64,000 bases of DNA, taken from contig JBLWVX010000007.1 in the NCBI GenBank assembly GCA_048268245.1, forward strand, positions 1 through 64,000. Direction: 5' to 3'. Positions 11,613 to 19,722 of this stretch are shown one piece after another. Below the pieces are notes generated by a model. That model was not told the DNA's origin. It searched no databases and saw only the letters and a list, made by a program, of their open reading frames with translations. The position numbers were made by a program, and so were the translations under genes. Every line of letters begins with the position of its first letter. Within the stretch, counting starts at the first letter, position 1. Source of the stretch: Arcobacteraceae bacterium (GTDB lineage Bacteria > Campylobacterota > Campylobacteria > Campylobacterales > Arcobacteraceae).

Positions 11613-12541
11613 ATGAAAAAACATGATTATGATAAGATACTTTTTAGACTAACTTCTATTTGGCAACGCCTAAGAGAGGGGGGGGGATTTTAAGTGTAAA
11701 AGATTTAGCGATTGAATACAATGTATCCACAAAAACAATACAACGTGATTTCAATGAACGTTTAGCCTCAAAGCTACCTATTGAAAAAAGTGGACATAAA
11801 TGGAAAGTCAAAGATGGTCATAGTATAGATAAGAATTTAAGCTTTGAAGAAGACTTGGTTTTAGATATATTAAAAGAATTATCTTTATCTATGGGAAGCA
11901 CTTTTAGCACTAGCACAAATAAATTATTTTCTAAGATACAAAACCAACATGAAACTCCTATTTTTTCTAAAATTGAAATAGAAGATATAAGTAATAAAAC
12001 AAATATTATAAAAAATATACAAGAAAGTATCAAAAATAAAACCCAAGTTGAGTTCCAATATAAAGATAAATATAGATTCATTGAACCTTATAAAATAACT
12101 ACTTTTGATGGGTACTGGTATCTTTATGGAAATGATATTTTATCAAATAAACTAAAAACTTTTTATATAAAAGATATTGAGTCTTTAATCTCTACAGACA
12201 AAACATATAAAGAAAATCCAAAAGCAATTGAAAAACTAAAACTTGCAATAAATGTCTGGTTTGAACCAAATGAAGAGTTCTTTGAAATAAGACTTTTAGC
12301 AAAAAGTCAAATTGCAAAATATTTTATTAGAAGACCTCTTAACTCTTCACAAATTATTGTTAAAAAATATGAGGATAATTCTATTGAACTATCTCTAAAC
12401 ATCACAAGCGAAAATGAAATATTATTTGAACTAAAAAAATGGCAACCACATCTTTTAGTAATAGAACCAAAATCTTTAGCAAAAAAAATACTAAATACAA
12501 ACAGAGAGTTTTTTGACAATCAATTAGAACTTATGATTTAG
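11613..12541 (+). pseudogene. HTH-WYL-WCX transcriptional regulator, frameshifted at a G9 tract (11678-11686)
   Basis: AGGA RBS and ATG at 11613 give MKKHDYDKILFRLTSIWQRLREGGGF*. The HTH (LSVKDLAIEYNVSTKTIQRDF) and WYL domain (IEPYKI..GYWYLYG..KTFYIKDI) continue in another frame. G10 or G7 would restore one ORF. Confidence 0.88.
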
Positions 12542-13209
12542 AATTCATGAGGACTACAAACAGATTTTTCAACCAAAGATAAAAACTCTTCTCTTGATAT
12601 ATTTTTTGCTCCAAGTGATTGAAGATGAGAACTTGGGACTTGACAATCAATAAGTTTAAAACCATTATTTTTAAGTCTTTGTACTAAATAGTACAAAGCA
12701 ACTTTGGAAGCATCACTTTTTTTAGCAAACATCGACTCTCCACAAAAGATATTTCCTATATTTATTCCATAACCACCACCTACTAATTTATTATCCAGAT
12801 ATGCTTCAAAAGAGTGAGCAAAACCCATTTCATGCAACTTTACATAAGCTTCTATCACTCCATCCAATATCCAAGTACCTTCTTTATGTTTTCTTGCATT
12901 TGCACACTCAATTATTGTTTGTTCAAAATTACAATCAAATTTTACTTCATAAATATTTTTGCTTATTGTTTTACCTAAGCTTTTAGATACTTTAAACTCA
13001 TCTAAATCTAATACCATTCTAGGATTTGGAGACCACCATAGTATTGGGTCATTTTGATTATACCAAGGAAATATTCCTTTTGTATATGCAGTGATTATTC
13101 TATTTGGATTTAAATCACCACCATGAGCAATAAGACCTTCATCATTTGCATATAAAGGATTAGGAAAGTTAAAAGAGTATTTATCCAATGGATATATATT
13201 TAGATTCAA
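12538..13209 (-). CDS. aat: Leucyl/phenylalanyl-tRNA--protein transferase
   Basis: GGDL, AYTKGIFPW, WWSPNPR, GFAHSFE, FCGESMF, DASKVAL, IDCQ. Confidence 0.96.
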   Translation of the reverse strand: MNLNIYPLDKYSFNFPNPLYANDEGLIAHGGDLNPNRIITAYTKGIFPWYNQNDPILWWSPNPRMVLDLDEFKVSKSLGKTISKNIYEVKFDCNFEQTIIECANARKHKEGTWILDGVIEAYVKLHEMGFAHSFEAYLDNKLVGGGYGINIGNIFCGESMFAKKSDASKVALYYLVQRLKNNGFKLIDCQVPSSHLQSLGAKNISREEFLSLVEKSVCSPHEF

Positions 13210-13230
13210 AAGTAACCTTCATTTTTGAAG

Positions 13231-13239
13231 ATTATAACA
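13231..13239 (-). promoter_or_regulatory. Extended -10 sigma70 promoter (TGTTATAAT) for aat
   Basis: TGnTATAAT about 20 nt upstream of the start codon. Confidence 0.6.
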
Positions 13240-13257
13240 AATAAGTTAAAGAAGTAA

Positions 13258-13283
13258 AATAAAGTAGGAAAACCTACTTTATT
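13258..13283 (-). terminator. Intrinsic terminator after the cytochrome c gene
   Basis: AATAAAGTAGG-AAAA-CCTACTTTATT inverted repeat directly after the stop codon. Confidence 0.75.
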
Positions 13284-13287
13284 TATT

Positions 13288-13920
13288 TTATAAATTTGAG
13301 ATATAAGTAGCTAATGCATCAATTTCAGCATCAGTTTTAGTAGTAACTTGTCCAGTCATAACACCTTTCATAGCTCCACCATAAGTTCCATTTTTATATC
13401 CATTTAAAGCATCAAGAACTTTTTGTTTATCCCATCCTTTTATAATTTGAGATTTTCCAAGTGCAGCTTTTTCACCATTTTGTCCATGACATGCAGCACA
13501 TGAAGCAAATAAAGCTTGACCATTTACAGCTGGTTTTACTTCTTCTTTTTCTTTAGTCATAGAATCAACCATAGCAGCAGCTTCTTTACTTACACTATCA
13601 ACTACCTCTTTAGTTTTTTCAACAGTATCATTTACAACTTCTTTTGTTTTTTGAACTGTTTCATCAACCATAGCAGGTGTATCTTCAGCTACTTTTGATG
13701 CAGCAGTAGCTACTGATTTAGAAATATCTTCAGCAGCTTTAGTAACAGTATTCTTAACTTCATCGGCTGCTTTTGCAACAACTTCTTTTGTTGTTGGCTC
13801 TACTTTTGCTTGCACTTCTTCTTTTACTTCAACATTCGTAGTTGTTTCTTCTTTTTTTTCTTCAGTACAACCTGTAAATAGTAATACAGCAACAGCTGAA
13901 CTTAATAAAATGTTTCTCAT
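13288..13920 (-). CDS. Lipoprotein monoheme cytochrome c (c553-like domain on a long low-complexity tether)
   Basis: Lipobox LFTGC; K/E/T/A/V-rich linker; CAACH heme motif; YGGAMKGVM axial Met region. Confidence 0.9.
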   Translation of the reverse strand: MRNILLSSAVAVLLFTGCTEEKKEETTTNVEVKEEVQAKVEPTTKEVVAKAADEVKNTVTKAAEDISKSVATAASKVAEDTPAMVDETVQKTKEVVNDTVEKTKEVVDSVSKEAAAMVDSMTKEKEEVKPAVNGQALFASCAACHGQNGEKAALGKSQIIKGWDKQKVLDALNGYKNGTYGGAMKGVMTGQVTTKTDAEIDALATYISNL

Positions 13921-14037
13921 GTTCTAATCCTTTTGATTAATAATTTTTTATTTTACTTTATATTTGCTAAATAAGCACTAAATTTTTGGAAGTATACTTT
14001 TATATTGTATAGTAATTGTGTTAATAATCAGAATATA

Positions 14038-14886
14038 TTATTTAAATAAATATTTAAGCATGATATCTTGGATTCTACTTGCTTGAGCAATAGCATACAT
14101 ACCAGCTTCCATTGCAATTTTTAATCTATTTAAATTCATAACCTCTTTTGCATAATCCACATCTCTAATAGTAGACTCACTAGCTCTTAGATTTGTTTCC
14201 ATAGTCATCATATATCTAATAGATGATTCTAGTTGATTTTGAGTAGAACCAAATTCTGATCTAAAAGAGTTTAAAGTAGTTAAAGCATCATCAAGTACGC
14301 TCATATTTGTAGCAGCTACATCTGCTGTAAGTGCACCCTCACCCAAATTTTTTAAAGCTGTTAGATTTAAACCTGTACTGTTTGATCTAACACCACTTAG
14401 CTTTATAGTATCCTTTGCTCTCTCACCTATTTGAAAAGATAGTTCATTTGAAAATGTATCATCATCACTTCCTTGTTGAAGTAAAGATATACCATTATAG
14501 TTAGTCTGTGAAGCTATGTTATCAAGTTGTTCAATATATTTAACAATATCTTTTCTTATGGCTTCTCTACCTTCACTATTTGTTGTAGCAGTTCTTGCTT
14601 GAATAAGTTTTGATTTGATTATATCTATTATATTTGATTGTTCACTCATTGCTTTATCGGCAATTTGAGTTAAAGCTATTGCTGAGTTTGCATTTTCAAT
14701 ACTTTGTTTTACTGAATTTGCTTGAGTTCTTAGTTTATCAGCTATAGCAAGACCTGAGGGATCATCACTTGCACTATTTATTCTAAGTCCACTTGATAAT
14801 CTTTCTAAAGATTTTTGATAGAGGTTACTAGTAGTATTATAATTTACATATGCTATATAAGCTGATATGTTTGTATTTAATCTCAT
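14038..14886 (-). CDS. Short flagellin-family protein
   Basis: MRLNTNI, SLERLSSGLRINSASDDPSGLAIA, RSEFGSTQNQLES, ASESTIRDVDYA. Confidence 0.93.
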   Translation of the reverse strand: MRLNTNISAYIAYVNYNTTSNLYQKSLERLSSGLRINSASDDPSGLAIADKLRTQANSVKQSIENANSAIALTQIADKAMSEQSNIIDIIKSKLIQARTATTNSEGREAIRKDIVKYIEQLDNIASQTNYNGISLLQQGSDDDTFSNELSFQIGERAKDTIKLSGVRSNSTGLNLTALKNLGEGALTADVAATNMSVLDDALTTLNSFRSEFGSTQNQLESSIRYMMTMETNLRASESTIRDVDYAKEVMNLNRLKIAMEAGMYAIAQASRIQDIMLKYLFK

Positions 14887-15000
14887 AGTAAACTCCTTTC
14901 ATAAAATCTAAAAAGTATCATTTATACAAATTGTATTCCTAATTATCTCATCTTTTAGTTTAAACAATTCTTAATATTAGTTTAATTATATTTTAGAGTT

Positions 15001-15028
15001 TAAAAAAAGCCACTTGTTAAAGTGGCTT
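15001..15028 (-). terminator. Intrinsic terminator after clpA
   Basis: AAGCCACTT-N4-AAGTGGCTT stem followed by a T run on -. Confidence 0.75.
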
Positions 15029-17236
15029 ATATTCGAATGTAAAATCTTCTTTATAATCAATCTTAACTTGTCCGCCTTTTTTAAGCTTACCAAATAAGAT
15101 CTCATCTGTAAGTACATTTTTGATTTTCTCAGAAATAACTCTATTAAGAGGTCTAGCTCCCATAGCTTTATCATAACCTAATAGTGCTAACTCTTTTTTA
15201 GCTTTCGCTGTAATAGAAATCTTGATATTCTTATCAACTAATGCCTCTTCTAAGTCTTCTATAAATTTACCTGCAACTTTTGCTACTACATCAGAACTAA
15301 GTGGTGCAAAAGATACAATGTTATCAAGTCTATTTCTAAACTCAGGTGCAAAGAATTTATTGATGGCTTTATTCTCATTTAGACCATCATCTTTAGCAAA
15401 TCCCATAACATTAGCTTCTGTAGCACCAAGATTTGATGTCATAATCAAAATCACATTTTGGAAATCTGCTTTATTTCCTGAGTTGTCAGTAAGCTCAGCA
15501 TTATCCATAACTTGAAGTAATATAGACATTAAATCAGGATGAGCTTTTTCAATCTCATCAAGTAATAAAACCGTATGAGGATGTTTTCTAATAGCTTCTG
15601 TTAAAAGTCCACCTTGCTCAAATCCTACATATCCAGCAGGAGCTCCAATAAGTCTTGAAATTGTATGAGCTTCCATATATTCACTCATATCAAATCTCTC
15701 AAAATGTACACCTAATTGATTTGATAACTCTTTTGCAACTTCTGTTTTACCAACACCAGTAGGTCCAGTGAAAAGAAAACTTCCAATAGGTTTTTTATCA
15801 AGTCCAAGACCTGCTTTATTTCTTTTGATTGACTGAGTAATTGCAGAGATTGCATCATCTTGTCCAAATACTCTTTTTTGCATATTTTTCTCTAAAGATT
15901 TTAATAAAGTTAAATCAGACTTAGTAGCACTTCTAGCTGGGATATGTGCCATTTTTGAAACTGTAAGCTCTATATCTTTTGCTGATACTGTAAGATTGTT
16001 TTTAGTTTTTGTTTTACTAGTAGCTAAACCAATCTTCTTTGAAGCCCCAACCTCATCTATAACATCAATAGCACAATCAGGTAAGAATCTATCCGTAATA
16101 TATTTTTTACTTAACTCAACAGCACTTTGGATAGCACCTTTTGAGTACTTAATACCATGGAACTCTTCATATTTAGACTTTAAGCCTTCTAATATAGTAA
16201 TAGCATCTTCAGTTGATGGCTCTTCAACATCTACTTTAGCAAATCTTCTACTTAAAGCTTTATCTTTTGAAAAATCATTTCTAAACTCAGCAAATGTAGT
16301 AGCTCCTATACATCTTAGCTTTCCATTTGCAAGCATTGGCTTTAAAATATTTGAAGCATCCATAGCACTTCCACCAACACTTCCTGCACCAACTATTGTA
16401 TGAATTTCATCAATAAATAAAATTGCATTTGGAACTTTTACTACTTCTTTTAAAAGTGATTTTAACTTTTTCTCAAAGTCACCTCTATATTTAGTCCCTG
16501 CAATCATAGAACCCATATCAAGTGAAAATACTTTTGCATTATTTAAAAACTCAGGTACTTTTTCATTTGCTATTTCTAAAGCTAAACCTTCAGCAATTGC
16601 AGTTTTACCAACACCTGGTTCACCAACTAAAATAGGATTATTTTTCTTTCTTCTTGAAAGTATTTCAATAACTCTTGAAATCTCTTTTTCTCTTCCAATT
16701 ACAGGATCAATCTCACCTTTTTTTGCAAGTTCAACTAACTCAGTTGAGTTTTGATCTAATACTTTATTCTCTTTTTCTTTACCTATTCTAGAGTCATCCA
16801 TATCTTCATCTACTTCTTTATGAGAAATCTCTTCAAGTATATCTACTTTTTGAATTCCTGCTTTTTTCAATAGATAAGAAGAATAAGACTTTTCATCTTT
16901 TATAAGTGCAACAAACATATCTTCAACATTTGCTTTTTGCTTTCCACTTGTGTGGGTATGTGCTACCATATATTCAATAGTTGATGTTAAAGATACAGTC
17001 TCAATAGGCTCATCTTCAACACCTTCTGGTAATACTGGTGTATTCTCATCAATATATTTTTTAGCCTCATCAAAAAGCTTATTTGAATCAACTCCTAAAT
17101 CAATAAATAGATTTTCGATAGTCTCATCGTGTAGTAACATTAAAAAAATATGTTCACTTGTTAAATACTCATGTTTACTACTTTTTGCATAGCTTACAGC
17201 TTGTGCAAAAATATTTCTTAGCTCATTACTTATCAT
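15017..17236 (-). CDS. clpA: ATP-dependent Clp protease ATP-binding subunit ClpA
   Basis: Two AAA+ modules (GEPGVGKT, GPTGVGKT), no ClpB middle domain, downstream of clpS. Confidence 0.96.
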   Translation of the reverse strand: MISNELRNIFAQAVSYAKSSKHEYLTSEHIFLMLLHDETIENLFIDLGVDSNKLFDEAKKYIDENTPVLPEGVEDEPIETVSLTSTIEYMVAHTHTSGKQKANVEDMFVALIKDEKSYSSYLLKKAGIQKVDILEEISHKEVDEDMDDSRIGKEKENKVLDQNSTELVELAKKGEIDPVIGREKEISRVIEILSRRKKNNPILVGEPGVGKTAIAEGLALEIANEKVPEFLNNAKVFSLDMGSMIAGTKYRGDFEKKLKSLLKEVVKVPNAILFIDEIHTIVGAGSVGGSAMDASNILKPMLANGKLRCIGATTFAEFRNDFSKDKALSRRFAKVDVEEPSTEDAITILEGLKSKYEEFHGIKYSKGAIQSAVELSKKYITDRFLPDCAIDVIDEVGASKKIGLATSKTKTKNNLTVSAKDIELTVSKMAHIPARSATKSDLTLLKSLEKNMQKRVFGQDDAISAITQSIKRNKAGLGLDKKPIGSFLFTGPTGVGKTEVAKELSNQLGVHFERFDMSEYMEAHTISRLIGAPAGYVGFEQGGLLTEAIRKHPHTVLLLDEIEKAHPDLMSILLQVMDNAELTDNSGNKADFQNVILIMTSNLGATEANVMGFAKDDGLNENKAINKFFAPEFRNRLDNIVSFAPLSSDVVAKVAGKFIEDLEEALVDKNIKISITAKAKKELALLGYDKAMGARPLNRVISEKIKNVLTDEILFGKLKKGGQVKIDYKEDFTFEYKPL

Positions 17237-17239
17237 TTT

Positions 17240-17539
17240 TTACTCTTCTTCCATAACAGCTTTTAAAGGAAATCCCTTCTCTCTTGCCATTGTTTTTACT
17301 TGTGCAACTTTTGTTGCTGCGATTTCATGAGTATAAACCCCACAAACTTCCTTACCCTTATTATGAATATTCATCATAATACTTGATGCTTCATCAACAG
17401 ACTTTCTAAAAACTTTTACTAATACATCTATAACAAAGTCCATTGTTGAGTAATCATCATTTAATAGTAAAACCTTAAACTTTTTTGGTTCTTCTAAATC
17501 TAATTCATCATCTAATTCTATTTCTATTTCGTTACTCAC
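17240..17539 (-). CDS. clpS: Clp protease adaptor ClpS
   Basis: KVLLLNDDYSTMDFVIDVL, IHNKG, CGVYTHEIAATKV, FPL; GTG start at 17539. Confidence 0.96.
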   Translation of the reverse strand: MSNEIEIELDDELDLEEPKKFKVLLLNDDYSTMDFVIDVLVKVFRKSVDEASSIMMNIHNKGKEVCGVYTHEIAATKVAQVKTMAREKGFPLKAVMEEE

Positions 17540-17608
17540 TTCAAACCTTTTATGTGATAAAATATAATTTATTTTAAAATACATAAATTATACCAAAAAG
17601 AAAATTAT

Positions 17609-18241
17609 ATGCTAAAACAAAAAGATTATTATAAAAACAAGACAATATTTGTAACTGCTACAAATACAGACGTAGGAAAAACTTATGCAAGTGAAAAGTT
17701 TTTAAGACATTTTGCAAGTTTAGGTTTAAAAGTAGGATATTTTAAACCTTGTGAAACAGGAGTTATAGACTCTCCTTTAGATGGAACAAAGATGCTAAAG
17801 CTAGTAAAACAGTTAAATGAAGATTTTGATGTAACTATAAATGACATAGTTCCCTATCAATTTAAACTCCCAGCAGCTCCTTATGTATCAAAAGGAGATA
17901 TCACTATAGATATAGAGTTTTTAAAACAAAAACAAAAAGAACTTCAAAAAATGTGTGATGTTCTAATCATAGAAGGAGCAGGAGGACTAATGGTTCCTAT
18001 TGAAAAAGATATATTTATTATTGACTTAATAAAAGAGTTTCAAGCTCAAGCTTTTTTAATCACTCCATCAAAGCTAGGATGTATAAACGACACCTTACTT
18101 TCAATCCAAGCTTTAGAAACTAGAAATATTGATTTTGAGTTCTTCATAAATTTATATGAAGATAAAGATAGTTTTGAGGAAGTTTCACTTCCATTTTTAA
18201 AAGACTATTTTAGTGAAATAAACTATCTAAATGACCTTTAG
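17609..18241 (+). CDS. bioD: Dethiobiotin synthase
   Basis: IFVTATNTDVGKT, KPCETG, IEGAGGLMVP, LGCINDTLL. Confidence 0.95.
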   Translation: MLKQKDYYKNKTIFVTATNTDVGKTYASEKFLRHFASLGLKVGYFKPCETGVIDSPLDGTKMLKLVKQLNEDFDVTINDIVPYQFKLPAAPYVSKGDITIDIEFLKQKQKELQKMCDVLIIEGAGGLMVPIEKDIFIIDLIKEFQAQAFLITPSKLGCINDTLLSIQALETRNIDFEFFINLYEDKDSFEEVSLPFLKDYFSEINYLNDL

Positions 18242-18577
18242 ATTTTTTATTTAAATTTTTGAGAAAAACTGATTTTTTTACAAAAAATTTCAAAATTTAT
18301 AAAATTTTAGTTTTTTTCAGTCTTTTATTTATAGTTAAAACCTAGCCTTTTTATACACTTTTTTTACATTTATAGTGCTTCAAAGCACCATAAATACCTA
18401 CTTTTATTATAAATATAAATCTAATCTTAAATAAAATTGCTATTTTAAATAATATGAAAACAATTCATTTTAAATGCTGTATAACTTTCTCGTTCGTTTT
18501 TAATAAGCTATAATCAGTGAGATTAAAAACAAGAAGCAAATATAAAAGCACAAAACAATAAAGAAAGGTAAAGTAAG

Positions 18578-19708
18578 ATGACTTCTGCAATAGATTTATC
18601 TAAATTAACGGCAAATGATGACTTAACACCAGTTCTTGGTGGACACTGGCCAGGTATTCAAATATACTACCCTCCAATTAAGTTTAATCCATTAGACGGA
18701 ACATACGAGAGTATGGAGCAAGCAAAGCTTAGATTACAAAAACATGCTTATAAAACAAAAGCACATACTGTACTTTTTGACTTAGAAGACGGTTGTAGAC
18801 AAAAAGCTATGTCAAGAGAGTTATTAATTCAAGAACTTCCAAAGTTCCCAGAGAGAAACTTTCAAATAGCAGTTAGAATCAACCCATTTAGAACAGATGA
18901 GTATGAAGAAGACTTAAAAATGTTAAAACAAATTCACAAATATGTTGATGTAATTGTTTTAGCAAAAGCTGGAGAGGTTTATGGTTCAGCTGAGATTAGA
19001 GATTTATCTTCTTGGTTAGTATCTATTGGAAGTAACTTAACAATTCAACCAATTATTGAACACCCAAAATCACTTCAAATTGCTGATAGATTAATGGAGC
19101 ATTCAACAGTTAAACATGTTGTATTTGGTATTCATGACTTCTCAAAAGCAATGGCATACAAAATTACTCCAACTGGATGGATTAATGAATTAGAGACTTT
19201 CTTTAATATGTTAACTATGGAAGCAAGAGTAAAAGGTACAGGTGTAATTGGAGGGGTTGAAGTAATGTTAACACCACACTCTTTACCTGACAATTGTTTA
19301 GAGAAAAAAGATATCAGAAGATGGTTAGATTTACATGGTGATGAAGCTTCAAGACAAGTTTACGCTCATGCTAAAAAAGAGTGTGCAATGGGTCTTACAG
19401 GTAAGCAAGTAATTACTCCTAATCATATTAATGTATGTAAAGTTGCATTTACGCCATCTCCAAAAGAGATTGCTAAAGATGTATCTATATTAAAAGCTGC
19501 TATTGAAGCAGATGCATTATTATCTGGTGCGATTAGATATGAAGGTGAGATGTTAGATCCACCAATGTTCGGTAAGTCATTACAAAATTTATTAAGAGCA
19601 TATGCATTAAGAGCATTACCAAAAGAAGATGAGTTATTTGCATTAACTGTATTAAATAAAATGCCAATTCATACATTTAAAGAAAACTGGCCATACGGTC
19701 AAATCTAA
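18578..19708 (+). CDS. CitE/malyl-CoA lyase-family (HpcH/HpaI) enzyme
   Basis: FDLEDG, AVRINP, IIEHP, FGIHDFS, GKQVITPNHI, GEMLDPP. Confidence 0.85.
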   Translation: MTSAIDLSKLTANDDLTPVLGGHWPGIQIYYPPIKFNPLDGTYESMEQAKLRLQKHAYKTKAHTVLFDLEDGCRQKAMSRELLIQELPKFPERNFQIAVRINPFRTDEYEEDLKMLKQIHKYVDVIVLAKAGEVYGSAEIRDLSSWLVSIGSNLTIQPIIEHPKSLQIADRLMEHSTVKHVVFGIHDFSKAMAYKITPTGWINELETFFNMLTMEARVKGTGVIGGVEVMLTPHSLPDNCLEKKDIRRWLDLHGDEASRQVYAHAKKECAMGLTGKQVITPNHINVCKVAFTPSPKEIAKDVSILKAAIEADALLSGAIRYEGEMLDPPMFGKSLQNLLRAYALRALPKEDELFALTVLNKMPIHTFKENWPYGQI

Positions 19709-19722
19709 TAAGGAGTTATAAT

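Noticed and set aside
11660..11686. ORF-track start MATPKRGGG for the WYL gene
   Set aside because: This TTG has no RBS and would truncate the first HTH helix; the upstream ATG at 11613 with an AGGA RBS fits better.
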